DNA of 32,000 nt from assembly GCF_001412535.1 (NCBI RefSeq), contig NZ_CP011774.1:3260539-3292538 (forward strand). Reading direction: 5' to 3'. The position numbers and the translations under genes are program-made. Below, piece after piece: positions 8,908 through 17,750 of this stretch. Within the stretch, counting starts at the first letter, position 1; each line of letters opens with the position of its first letter. This stretch comes from Limnohabitans sp. 63ED37-2 (GTDB lineage: Bacteria > Pseudomonadota > Gammaproteobacteria > Burkholderiales > Burkholderiaceae_C). Below the pieces are notes generated by a model. It was given only the letters and a program-made list of their open reading frames with translations, was not told the DNA's origin and made no database searches.

Positions 8908-8987
8908 ACTGAAAAATTCAAGTGAATTTCAGTAGAAAACCCAGCACTTTTGGGGTGAATCTGTCGGAATTAGCGAACGAGACAGGC

Positions 8988-9242
8988 TCAGCTGAAACGC
9001 AAGTTTGATTTGACCCTGCGCCTGCGAGCAGCTTTCAACTTGATCGGCTTGGGTTTGACCGCTCGACTCTTTGCCCAGATTTGCTGCTGCTTGAGTTTTT
9101 GCTGTTGTTGCCTAGCTTGCTGCGCTACCTGTCGTTTTTGTTTGGCTGCTGCGTCACGCTGCTGAGTAACGGCGCTGTACTCAGCGGGTGACATGGAGCC
9201 ATAGGACGTGATGTTTTCTAGAAGTTCGGCGATACGCATCAT
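8988..9242 (-). CDS. Small Gln/Lys/Arg-rich hypothetical protein
   Basis: 84-aa ORF. Its low-complexity charged part (QQARQQQQKLKQQQ, KPKPIKLKAARRRR) resembles the C-terminal tail of the island 2 ORF 23831-24169. Confidence 0.4.
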   Translation of the reverse strand: MMRIAELLENITSYGSMSPAEYSAVTQQRDAAAKQKRQVAQQARQQQQKLKQQQIWAKSRAVKPKPIKLKAARRRRVKSNLRFS

Positions 9243-9272
9243 GTATTTAATGCCGCGTATGCCGAGCTCACA

Positions 9273-9422
9273 TCAATCTAGAACCTCTGTGTAGTTCAGC
9301 ACATTGCCCTTGCCGAATTGAGCCTCACCGAGCAATTTGGCGTCAATGGCATTGACGGCGAACACGATGGTGTGGGTCGTCTGCGTTACTGACAGACGTA
9401 CCCAGAGTTGAAATCGCTTCAT
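9273..9422 (-). CDS. Small conserved island protein (homologue of the N-terminal part of 23831-24169)
   Basis: MKRFQLWVRLSVTQTTHTIVFAVNAIDAKLLGEAQFGKGNV aligns with MNKYLVTVRVGGQLVKTAVFADSTIHAKLLCQYKYGMNSI of island 2. The ATG at 9422 is preferred over 9461, which overlaps the upstream gene. Confidence 0.5.
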   Translation of the reverse strand: MKRFQLWVRLSVTQTTHTIVFAVNAIDAKLLGEAQFGKGNVLNYTEVLD

Positions 9423-9435
9423 ATCGCTCAAGACT

Positions 9436-9882
9436 TCAGCGTTGAAAACTGGAGCGAACATTTCCAGCTGTGGTTTCCAATTGCGTATCCAACTCGCCTA
9501 CTTCGATGGCAGATTTGATGACTTCCAAAGTGGAGACTAATTCGTTTGGGCTTGAGATTTCAATGGCGAACTTTCCCTTGGCTAGCTCCAGTACGCGAGC
9601 ACCGTAGCGGACAGTAATGGCTGTCTTGCCGTTCTCAGCAATGAACCACCAAGCCTTCACTCGCTTGGGTACTTCAACCTGTTTTCGTACTCCGGTTTCG
9701 GAGTCAATGATTGTGCGAAATTTGCTGGCACTGAATTGACTTCCGGAAGTCTGTGCTTTTGCCAGTTGAATCTGCTCCCACAGACGTTTGCTCATCTTGT
9801 TGCGGCGAAGTTGTACGGGATTGATGCTGGTGCTCTTTTGGGCTGCGGTCAATTTGAGTCCTGCCAATGTTGCTGTTGCCAT
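9436..9882 (-). CDS. Conserved island backbone protein of unknown function (148 aa)
   Basis: The ATG at 9882 has a strong AAGGAGA RBS. By eye, about half of the residues are identical to 23260-23700 (LKLTAAQK, RRNK..KRLWEQ..LAKAQ, WWF, VRYG..VLELAKGK, GELD). Confidence 0.75.
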   Translation of the reverse strand: MATATLAGLKLTAAQKSTSINPVQLRRNKMSKRLWEQIQLAKAQTSGSQFSASKFRTIIDSETGVRKQVEVPKRVKAWWFIAENGKTAITVRYGARVLELAKGKFAIEISSPNELVSTLEVIKSAIEVGELDTQLETTAGNVRSSFQR

Positions 9883-10588
9883 TTCGTTTCTCCTTTGTAT
9901 GAATGGACAACGCAAGTGTGTTTTCGAGATACTGATCTGGGCAACCAACCAGTGATGAGCCCATTCAAGTTGGCGGGACTCTCCAAAGATTTAGCCAGTT
10001 TTCATGAGGCTTCATTTGGTCTTCGCTAAATAAAACTGACAGGCAGAGCGAATCACAGTCTCTGTGCTGCCATTTATCACTACTGATTACGAGCCGCGTC
10101 ACTCACTTGTTATGACGCCCAGAAACTGGACAACGGTGTCTCAGGGAAGGAAGATTTGCGCAGTAGCAAAGATTTGTCGAAACCACTTTCACCAGTGGAG
10201 TTATGGATTGCAACCTATTACTGACAAAGGAAAAAAAGCACAAAGATGGAAGGCTCTAAGCCTTCAGCATCACGAGCAAGTAATAACTGATAACTTGCAA
10301 GCACTGCGATCGGTTGGCACTTCAGCCATCGCAGACGCTGCGTTTCAAAGCAGCACATAAAAGGAGATCGCGAAACCGCCCTTGCCTATAAAAAGGTTGT
10401 GCAGAAGTGCTGTGGTAACGAACTCACCAAAAGAGTCCTATCCACACTGAGCCCTGTGTAGGCTCAGTGTGGGTTGAATCTTCCAAAAGTCTCTAAGTCA
10501 AACCAATCGATCGAATTCTTCGGAGACTGAAATGAAGAAGAAATGTGCGATGAGCGAATGCGAAGAGCAAGCGAACGCGAGTTCGCTC

Positions 10589-11089
10589 TTAACCTAGTGC
10601 TGCAATGTATGCGGCCTTGAGAGCTTCATCTGTGACGCAAAGGCGTACCCAGTTCAATGAGGTGTCATCCCACTCAGGTGATCGCAATACCTTGGCAGTG
10701 ATCTCGGCAGCTAACTCCACCGGAAACTTGAAAACACCAATACCCATTGCAGGCATGGCAACAGACTCAATGTTGTGAGCCACGGCGATGGACAGCGCCG
10801 ATCTAAATGCCGACTCTAGATAGGCCTCAGCCTCTTCCTCAAATAAGTAATGTCCAGCACGGGCGTGGATCACATACTGATTGGGTAACTTGAAGCCCGG
10901 GGTGATCACTGCCATGCCTAGAGCGAGTGGGGCAAACTGCTCGCAGTAGTCCTCAAGCTCATCACCAGCAGCCGTATGAATTGCACCAGCAACACCAGAT
11001 CCAAGACGCAGGTTGGCATTGGCAGAATTGATCACCGCTTGGGCATCTGGCTGCTTGACTAAATTGGCAACGACGACTTGGATGTCCAT
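10589..11089 (-). CDS. Stand-alone macro domain protein (ADP-ribose binding/hydrolase family)
   Basis: The motifs VINSANANLRLGSGVAGAIHTAAG and SVAMPAMGIGVFKFP are the two signature glycine-rich loops of macro domains. The 166-aa size fits a single domain. Confidence 0.85.
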   Translation of the reverse strand: MDIQVVVANLVKQPDAQAVINSANANLRLGSGVAGAIHTAAGDELEDYCEQFAPLALGMAVITPGFKLPNQYVIHARAGHYLFEEEAEAYLESAFRSALSIAVAHNIESVAMPAMGIGVFKFPVELAAEITAKVLRSPEWDDTSLNWVRLCVTDEALKAAYIAALG

Positions 11090-11217
11090 ATGGGCAGATC
11101 AGTAGGTGGGGTTAGATTAGATCACCAGGGGTACGGTTCTCAGTCCCCCTTGAAAATTGCGCAGCAAAATTTTGCATAGCGAAGATTGATTTTCTGGGGA
11201 TTTCTAAGGGCCGATAT

Positions 11218-11922
11218 TTACTCATCTTCAGAGGTTTTTATTTCATAATAATCACGCCAGATACCTTGTGAATCTGGTTTAACAAGATACAAGCCACCAC
11301 CACAGATACCGCTAAAGTTCAGCTCGAATGAGGCGGGTTCACCTTTGTATTGAAGGTTAAGAATGTCATATTCAGCGCCATTGAGGAGTCCTGTCATGTA
11401 TGTCGCTTCAGACAGATCCGAGCTGGTATCTAAGTCTCTTACTTCGAGCAAAAAGTCTTTCAATTCAACCATCTTGTCAGTCGTTTGAAGCTCAGTAATC
11501 AACTCGCCGTCATCATATTCAACCACCTCTACAAGCAGGTGCATTCCTTCTGGAACCATAAAGTCGTGATCTTGATTTTCTGCGTAACGCATTAAGAGTG
11601 CACTCTCAACATCATGTGTCTCATCTTCGAAGGGGTCATCTATCTCCAGAGATTCAACCTGTATCGCTTTCCCATTAAACTTAATTGCAATACTAGGATC
11701 TTCATGCATTCCGTGACAGATGAATTTGCAAATCGCTGTTGCGTCATCAAGAATTTCTGAGGTCTCGAAAGGCGTGGTCAAGTCACTTCCCGAGTCAGAG
11801 ATTTTGATTTCATACTTCCGCATGAAGTTGTCATCAACGAAATAAGCGTATGCCTGAACTCCGGAGCCGGAAAAACAGGCTGTGATCGTGTTGATCTTGG
11901 CTGCATTGGTTGTTTTGGACAT
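11218..11922 (-). CDS. Strongly acidic hypothetical protein (234 aa)
   Basis: An AAGGA RBS precedes the ATG at 11922. By my count it has about 48 Asp+Glu versus about 16 Lys+Arg. I recognise no catalytic motif. It lies 128 nt upstream of the macro gene on the same strand. Confidence 0.65.
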   Translation of the reverse strand: MSKTTNAAKINTITACFSGSGVQAYAYFVDDNFMRKYEIKISDSGSDLTTPFETSEILDDATAICKFICHGMHEDPSIAIKFNGKAIQVESLEIDDPFEDETHDVESALLMRYAENQDHDFMVPEGMHLLVEVVEYDDGELITELQTTDKMVELKDFLLEVRDLDTSSDLSEATYMTGLLNGAEYDILNLQYKGEPASFELNFSGICGGGLYLVKPDSQGIWRDYYEIKTSEDE

Positions 11923-12239
11923 CTACATTCCTTTAGTCATTAGATGGGGCAGAAGCAACGTGTACTGTTTTTAAGCAGCGAAATGATCCGGCTTGTGACA
12001 GCTAGCCGCCGCTATAAGAGAATTCCAAGATTATTAGATTATTCATTCAATCGTGTCCATCGCGCCACATTCCAAGCAGAAATTCGGCACCAAAGAGAAC
12101 ATACATAGTCTTTGAGCTCAGCTGTAAGTCGTTGATTTTGAACAACTCTTTATCGAGCCCGAGCAGCTCAAAATTCTGGTTGCCCAGACCGGGGTAAAGA
12201 TCACACACTAAATACGCACAAATTCATAGGAGAGTGCGT

Positions 12240-12788
12240 ATGCCGCAAGCCAAAACTTTGACCCCCGTAGAAATTGAAAAAGTGTTGCTGTACATCGCCA
12301 GCAAGCCCAACGCCCAGCGCAACCGGCTCATGTTCCTGCTGACAGTGTGGGCAGGGTTTCGAGTCAGTGAGGTTGCAGGGTTGAGGATCAGCGATGTACG
12401 AAACGTGGACGGCTCTGTACGAGCAGAGGTGTACTTGTCCGCTGAAAGAGTCAAGCACGGGCACGAAGGTGTGGTCTATCTCAATGAGCGGCTGCAGGCT
12501 GAGTTGGTTAAATTCATCGAGTCGCGTAATTGGCATGCTGCAGATCAGGCATTGTTCTGCACACAAGCTAATCCGCGAAAGGGTTTTTCAGCAAATACCA
12601 TGACTCAGCATTTCCACTACCTCTACAAAAGAACGGGCATTGCAGGTGGTAGCAGTCACAGTGGTCGGCGCACCTTCATCACAACACTGGCAAATAAAGG
12701 TGTCAGTGTGCGCTTGCTGGCAAGCCTTGTGCGGCATGCCAACATCGCTACCACCCAGCGTTACATCGATGTCAATGACGACATGAAA
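12240..12788 (+). pseudogene. FimB/FimE-sized tyrosine recombinase, 3' end cut off by IS30 copy 2
   Basis: AGGAGA RBS and ATG at 12240. About 50 percent identical by eye to 21330-21902. Catalytic signature present: GFRVSEV, HSGRRT, RHANIATTQRY. Homology ends at ...DVNDDMK at the IS boundary (12788), and the remaining ORF is read-through into the IS. Confidence 0.8.
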
Positions 12789-13848
12789 GGCGGATTCAAG
12801 TACGAACTGCAACACGGTTTAACGAGGCGTGAAACACCTCGTGGGGTGTCTTGAATCCCAGCCGCTTTCTGGGCCGGTGATTCAATCTGTTTTCGATCAT
12901 AGTCAACTCCTCATCGGTGACAGTTTCCATGCGCCTCTTCTTGGGAATGTATTGGCGCAGCAAACCATTGAAGTTCTCGTTGCTGCCGCGCTGCCAGCTG
13001 CAATACGGATCGGCAAAGTAAGTCTGGATGCCAAGGGCCTGATCGATGGCCTGGTGATCGGCAAACTCCTTGCCGTTGTCTACCGTCAAGGTCTTCACCC
13101 GTGAGCTCAGGGGCTTGAGCATGCCTTCAATAGCCCGGCCCACCAAATCAGCAGACTTGTTGGGCACTTTGGCCAGCACAGCAAAGCCACTCTTGCGTTC
13201 TACCAGTGTCACGATGGCTTGTTTGTGAGCCGCGCCAATAACGGTATCACCTTCCCAGTGGCCCACTTGCTTGCGATCTTCAATGTGGCTTGGTCTCTCG
13301 CTGATCGGGCGGCGGTTCGGGATCTGACCACGTCTATCACGCCCGCACAGGTGGCGTTTGCGCCGAGGCTTTTGGCTACGCAGGTGCGTGTGTAAATCAC
13401 CACCGGCAGCCTTGTTCGCATAGACATACAAATAGACGCTCTCATGGCTGACCGCCACCTTGCCTGCAATCTGCTCGGGGCTCCATTGAATGCCAAGGTA
13501 GAAATCCACATCGGACCAGACTTTGGAATCTAAACGGCGGGCATTACGGCTTCGCTGTGCCCGCTCAGAAGCCTTGGCGCAGGCTTGTTCGGCGCGATAG
13601 CCACGCTGACCGCGGCCACGGCTGAGTTCGCGGCTGATGGTGCTGCGGCTCCTGCCCAATGAACGGGCGATCTCGCTGATGGTCTGTTTGGCTTTCAAGA
13701 GGCTGTGAATTTGGTATCGTTCTTCTCGGCTGAGGTGCTTGTACATCTGGCAACTTGGACTTGGCGGTTTGAGTGGCCATGATGCCTTGACATCCTCAGC
13801 CACCCATCACCGGGTTTATCTTTGTTGCACCTCGTACTTGAATCCGCC
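12789..13848 (-). mobile_element. IS30-family insertion sequence, copy 2 (1060 bp), inverted relative to copy 1
   Basis: Same terminal repeats and length as copy 1. The encoded transposase is identical. The only differences I found are two adjacent synonymous bases (8759-8760 AC versus the equivalent GA at 12936-12937 on the coding strand). The flanks AAA and AAC share only 2 nt. Confidence 0.9.
12796..13746 (-). CDS. IS30-family DDE transposase
   Basis: Translation is identical to 7950-8900. Confidence 0.9.
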   Translation of the reverse strand: MYKHLSREERYQIHSLLKAKQTISEIARSLGRSRSTISRELSRGRGQRGYRAEQACAKASERAQRSRNARRLDSKVWSDVDFYLGIQWSPEQIAGKVAVSHESVYLYVYANKAAGGDLHTHLRSQKPRRKRHLCGRDRRGQIPNRRPISERPSHIEDRKQVGHWEGDTVIGAAHKQAIVTLVERKSGFAVLAKVPNKSADLVGRAIEGMLKPLSSRVKTLTVDNGKEFADHQAIDQALGIQTYFADPYCSWQRGSNENFNGLLRQYIPKKRRMETVTDEELTMIENRLNHRPRKRLGFKTPHEVFHASLNRVAVRT

Positions 13849-14495
13849 AACTCATACTTCACACCCTCCTTTTGTGCGTACATGGCATACCTGAAGTAAT
13901 TTCTTCGCGGTTCAAGAATGACCTCAATCCCTTGCTTTTCAAGTCGCTCGATGATTTCATCAGCGATACACAAGGCGCGGATTGCATTCTTAGCCGTGGC
14001 GACTATGGGGATTTGCTCTTGCCGAGAGTGAAAGTAGCTGAATTCAAAGAGGGTGGTTGGGGGCCATTTGGCAGGTTGATGCATGGCAGACTCAAAACTC
14101 TGACTTATCTTTTTCTCAATGGCTTTGATGTGTGCCTTGATACCTTCTGCAGTTTTAATGCAGCGTAAGTCGTGCAGTTGTTCAATGGTTCGAAGTTGGG
14201 GCTGCTCTGGCGGTTTTTTAGCTGCTTTGACGATTGCGCCTCGCGACCTGTTCTGTTCCGCTTGAACCTCGTCGGGCAAGTTGATGGTGGGGTTGTGATT
14301 AGGGTAAGGCAACTCAGGGCGTGCATCTTCTTTGCCCAGCTGCTTCCTTGTCCAGTGCCCAGATCTGGGCAGCGGAATGCCCTGCTTTTTGCAAATTTTT
14401 CTCAGTCCAACATCACTGAGATTTAATTTTTTAGCCAGATGGATCATGGGCGTTTCCCAGACCATTTCGAAAAGCTCTATGCGAGTAGTTTCCAT
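13849..14495 (-). pseudogene. Hypothetical protein with N-terminal HTH-like motif, 3' end interrupted by IS30 copy 2
   Basis: The N-terminus METTRIELFEMVWETPMIHLAKKLNLSDVGLRKICKKQGIPLPRSGHW resembles a widespread uncharacterised N-terminal module. The ORF runs without a stop into the IS end at 13848 (after ...GVKYEL). Confidence 0.6.
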
Positions 14496-14581
14496 ACATG
14501 CTCCACAAAGTGTGATTCATGTATGAGGGTGTATCAGAGGTTAGGCTTACTCCCAGTCGCAAGCGTCAAAAAAATTGACAC

Positions 14582-15898
14582 TCAATCAGCCAACTTTCCT
14601 GCTGCCATGGTTGCTGTCAATTTCGAATAGTGCTTTTCCAGCATCAAGATGGATGTACCCATCTGCCTAGCCAATGTGTGGATGTCGGTGCCAGCCAGTA
14701 ATTCCATAGTGGCGTAGGTGTGCCGCAACGAATACAGGGTGCGCTCTTGGCCGCTGCTCATGTCCCGACTTAACCCAGCCGCAGCCAACATGCGCTTGAA
14801 CGTGCCCTGAAATCCATAGGGCTGTGCGCCATCATCAAATGCAAACACCTTGTGTGGCAGCTTGGCAGCGATGGCTTCATCCAATGTCATTGAAACGGAT
14901 TCCTGTCGCATAGCCAACCGAGCTAATGCTTCTGCAGCACGGTGTTTTGCAATTAACCACCGACCACCCGTCTTGCCCGAAACCCAAATGCGAAGGTATC
15001 GCTGATCACCCACCTGATGCCACTCAATGTGTTGCCACAGCATGTTGAGACTTTCACGCCCAGTACGCATGCCTGTTGCCAGCAGGACCTCTACATAGTC
15101 CCTCAATAGCAACTTGATCTGGCGACCCGTATGTCTATGTGCGTCACCATCAGCCCAAGTTTTCAGAAACTCCAAAAGCCGTTGAACCTCTTCAGCTGTG
15201 AAACCCGGGCGAGCCACACTTTTCTTACCTCGTCTGCTGAGTCTTGGTACAGGTGTATTGGCGGACAGCCAACCACGCTCAATGGCTAAGTCAATGATCC
15301 GACTGTAGGCACTGGCATGGGTCATTAGTGTGCTGGCTTTGGGCACTGTGCCCATTTGTTCGTTCCGCCACAGTTCATATTTGCGTACAGTTGCGATGTC
15401 AATGTTGGTCAGGTTGTACTTGCCGAAAAAGGGAATCAAGTACTTGCGGATCACCCGCTGATAGTCAGCACAGGTCCGTGGTTTGATGCCCTGTTCAATT
15501 TCCAGTTCTAACTGTTTGTAGCAAGCCTGAGCCACGACGCCGAAGGTTTTGGTCTGCAATGGCAGTCCCATTTCTTCTGCGAATCTGGCACGGTCATAGA
15601 TTGTGCTGGCGACACGCCGCGCGTATTCCAAGTCCTTGTGCTTGGTGGTGTAGTGGTGCCACTTCTGGTCAAACAGTTTGAATCTGACCTGCCATACGGT
15701 GCTTTGTGTCCGCTTGTACAAGACCACGCAACCATCTCGCATGTGATGCAGGCGGTCACTGTCGCTGCTGCGCCCACCCACAAGTTTGAGGTGGAAGATG
15801 TTGCTCTGGGGTGCGGGGAATTGGTCGGGCTGGTTTTCGGTAATCCGCTGCTCAATGGTCAGGGAGTTTTTGCTGGATTTCACGCTGGCACGCTCCAA
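14582..15898 (-). CDS. Tyrosine integrase of island 1
   Basis: 438 aa. The catalytic region has ATGMRTGRE, LYSLRHTYATMELLAGTDIHTLARQMGTS and LEKHYSKL. It is clearly homologous (about 45-50 percent by eye) to the island 2 integrase. It is transcribed away from the intact tRNA-Phe. Confidence 0.9.
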   Translation of the reverse strand: MERASVKSSKNSLTIEQRITENQPDQFPAPQSNIFHLKLVGGRSSDSDRLHHMRDGCVVLYKRTQSTVWQVRFKLFDQKWHHYTTKHKDLEYARRVASTIYDRARFAEEMGLPLQTKTFGVVAQACYKQLELEIEQGIKPRTCADYQRVIRKYLIPFFGKYNLTNIDIATVRKYELWRNEQMGTVPKASTLMTHASAYSRIIDLAIERGWLSANTPVPRLSRRGKKSVARPGFTAEEVQRLLEFLKTWADGDAHRHTGRQIKLLLRDYVEVLLATGMRTGRESLNMLWQHIEWHQVGDQRYLRIWVSGKTGGRWLIAKHRAAEALARLAMRQESVSMTLDEAIAAKLPHKVFAFDDGAQPYGFQGTFKRMLAAAGLSRDMSSGQERTLYSLRHTYATMELLAGTDIHTLARQMGTSILMLEKHYSKLTATMAAGKLAD

Positions 15899-15979
15899 AA
15901 AAGTGCAGCGTAATTTCGGACCTGTGTCCTGGACAACCGGGTGGAATAAAACCTTTGCTTCTTTTGAAACCTGGATTTG

Positions 15980-17134
15980 CTACAACAAATCAGGTAGCTG
16001 GTTAATTTTGTAGCCTAGAGATGCCAAGATATTTTTGGTTACCCCAGGGCTGACGTTGTCACGATTACCCGGCACGATGAGCGTGGGGCTTCCAGATTTT
16101 TTCAATTTTATATGGGACCCTTTTCCGCCAGGGGTCACGTTGTAGCCGTGCTTACCACAGACCTTAATGATTTCGTCACTTGAGCATGTTCTGAGTGGTG
16201 TAGCTGTAACTGGAACAACAGACCTTTTGGAGCGTGGAACGATTGTCCATATGTCGCTATTTATGTTGAGGAAGGCATGATTAATTCGCGGAGCCATATT
16301 CCAATATAGCTGATGGTGCGTTGGGTTTTGAAGACCTTCTAGTACTTTTGAAAAAAGTTGATGTTGGCCATTTTCAAAATTCTTTTTAGTAAGGTATTGG
16401 GGTGCTAAGCGATATCCTGGTGGATTTCTCGGAAACGATTTTTGCAAGTATGACTGTGCCGCCTTTTTCAATGAATCTGAGACCCACAAAGACTCACCAA
16501 CATCTCTGTACATAAAAGCATTCGCTAATGCCTCTTCTAACTGAAGGTCAGTTCCTGCGGCAACTTTGTAAACATTGTTGAAGTACGGCAAGTATGAAGA
16601 GCGTCTTTGAACGGCATGAAGTCGAAGTCCAAGGCATTCAGTCTTATGGTGATACAACTCGTGGTGATAAAAAACAGAGAAAGCTGTACGAAGCAGTCCT
16701 TTCGTAAAGATGGTGCGTTGCGAAGAATTAAGTGACGCTCCAACAATTCCGGTTTCGATATAGATCTTTTTTGCTAATCGTTTTAGGCATTCCTCTTTGA
16801 TGAAGATGCCCCAGTCGTAGCCATGGAAGTGAATCGGTTGGTACCAAGCGCAGACGTCCCATTCTTCCGGTTTTGAGGCATCCTGATCAGATCCCTCTTC
16901 GAAAATTTCATATGGAGTCTCACTGTCAATCTCCCAGTCATCACCATAGATTTCCCAGTCGTTGTCAGGACTTCTGTCTTGTGGCTTGCTGTTTGGGAAG
17001 AGCCTGCCCCAATCTACTTGTCTAATTTCGTAGCGATCATGATCAATTTCTTTGTGCCATGGTGACTGCCCCAACTCAAGACTATTGTCAGCATCAAGCA
17101 CACTGATGATTTCATCTATTCTGTTCATGTTCAT
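15980..17134 (-). CDS. Fusion protein: N-terminal domain with HExxH motif plus C-terminal HicA-like toxin domain
   Basis: 384 aa. HELYH occupies residues 158-162 (nt 16649-16663), with a possible third ligand in LQLEEALANAF about 40 aa downstream. The C-terminal about 60 aa (SSDEIIKVCGKHGYNVTPGGKGSHIKLKKSGSPTLIVPGNRDNVSPGVTKNILASLG) matches the HicA/YcfA pattern, including the GSH histidine. Confidence 0.75.
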   Translation of the reverse strand: MNMNRIDEIISVLDADNSLELGQSPWHKEIDHDRYEIRQVDWGRLFPNSKPQDRSPDNDWEIYGDDWEIDSETPYEIFEEGSDQDASKPEEWDVCAWYQPIHFHGYDWGIFIKEECLKRLAKKIYIETGIVGASLNSSQRTIFTKGLLRTAFSVFYHHELYHHKTECLGLRLHAVQRRSSYLPYFNNVYKVAAGTDLQLEEALANAFMYRDVGESLWVSDSLKKAAQSYLQKSFPRNPPGYRLAPQYLTKKNFENGQHQLFSKVLEGLQNPTHHQLYWNMAPRINHAFLNINSDIWTIVPRSKRSVVPVTATPLRTCSSDEIIKVCGKHGYNVTPGGKGSHIKLKKSGSPTLIVPGNRDNVSPGVTKNILASLGYKINQLPDLL

Positions 17135-17542
17135 TCCGTTTTTATATAGGTCAATCTCAGGGCAGGCAATAAGCGGCTATCAACCAGCGAGCTTTGTTGA
17201 AATATACAAGGGCTTGGACGGGCTGACTAAAGGGCACATCTTCGTCTAAGCTGAAGGCCCGCTTCGACCCAACTCATTCTTCTGGCTTGGCAACGGTCCA
17301 GAGCATAGCCGTCACTCAGCCTCCACTAAGCGTCAATTTTCTTTACGCTTTTGCGCCCACCCCTACTTCTAGCAGACAACCCCGGTCAACCTCAAGCCGG
17401 TGGCGCATCCCCACTCCGCACGGTGCTCAAAAAGTGTGCAACGGCTGTGCTAAGACGCTGGCACAGCAAAACCGAAGCCCAAGTTAGGGTCTCCCGGTGA
17501 AGCACTTTTTTGGACACAGCAGGCATCCCCACGGAAAAGTCC

Positions 17543-17551
17543 TGCTACAAT
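17543..17551 (+). promoter_or_regulatory. Extended -10 element (TGcTACAAT) for the intact tRNA-Phe
   Basis: Lies 12 nt upstream of the tRNA 5' end. The surrounding 21 nt (17531-17551) match 4281-4301 at 17/21. A T-run plus TTGGAC (17510-17515) sits 30 nt upstream, with the same geometry as TTGAAG (4260-4265) at the chromosomal copy. Confidence 0.45.
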
Positions 17552-17563
17552 CTCTTGCTTACC

Positions 17564-17639
<76 letters not shown>

Positions 17640-17644
17640 GTTCT

Positions 17645-17680
17645 ACACCGTAAGTGCGAAAGTGCTTACGGTGTTTTACT
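17645..17680 (+). terminator. Rho-independent terminator after the intact tRNA-Phe
   Basis: The stem ACACCGTAAG(TGC) / (GTG)CTTACGGTGT has a GAAA tetraloop and is followed by TTTT. Confidence 0.7.
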
Positions 17681-17750
17681 TTGTAGTGTTAGCGTAATAC
17701 ATATGCTGCCAACGCTGCCTCAACTTGCTACACGCAGAGAGGCTTGCTAA

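Noticed and set aside
10064-10360. 98-aa plus-strand ORF in the 640-bp gap between the conserved 148-aa gene and the macro gene.
   Set aside because: It has no RBS and an odd composition, with no similarity to the positionally equivalent ORF of island 2 (22783-23106). The region is left unannotated and may hold regulatory RNA or promoters.
10589-11922. DarT-DarG toxin-antitoxin pair.
   Set aside because: The upstream protein shows none of the DarT (DUF4433) features I recall and is extremely acidic. The macro protein lacks the extra C-terminal DarT-binding domain of DarG. It is kept only as an unexplained pair.
7848-13848. Composite transposon formed by the two IS30 copies.
   Set aside because: The outer flanks (ACT on the left, AAC on the right) do not form a target duplication. 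Copy 1 also has its own ACT/ACT duplication, indicating separate insertion events.
17135-17560. Small ORFs (17052-17249, 17287-17487) as possible HicB-like antitoxins for the HicA fusion.
   Set aside because: They lie on the opposite strand or lack an RBS, and their translations are Pro/Ser/Thr-rich and implausible. The segment looks like non-coding DNA homologous to a tRNA-Phe upstream region.
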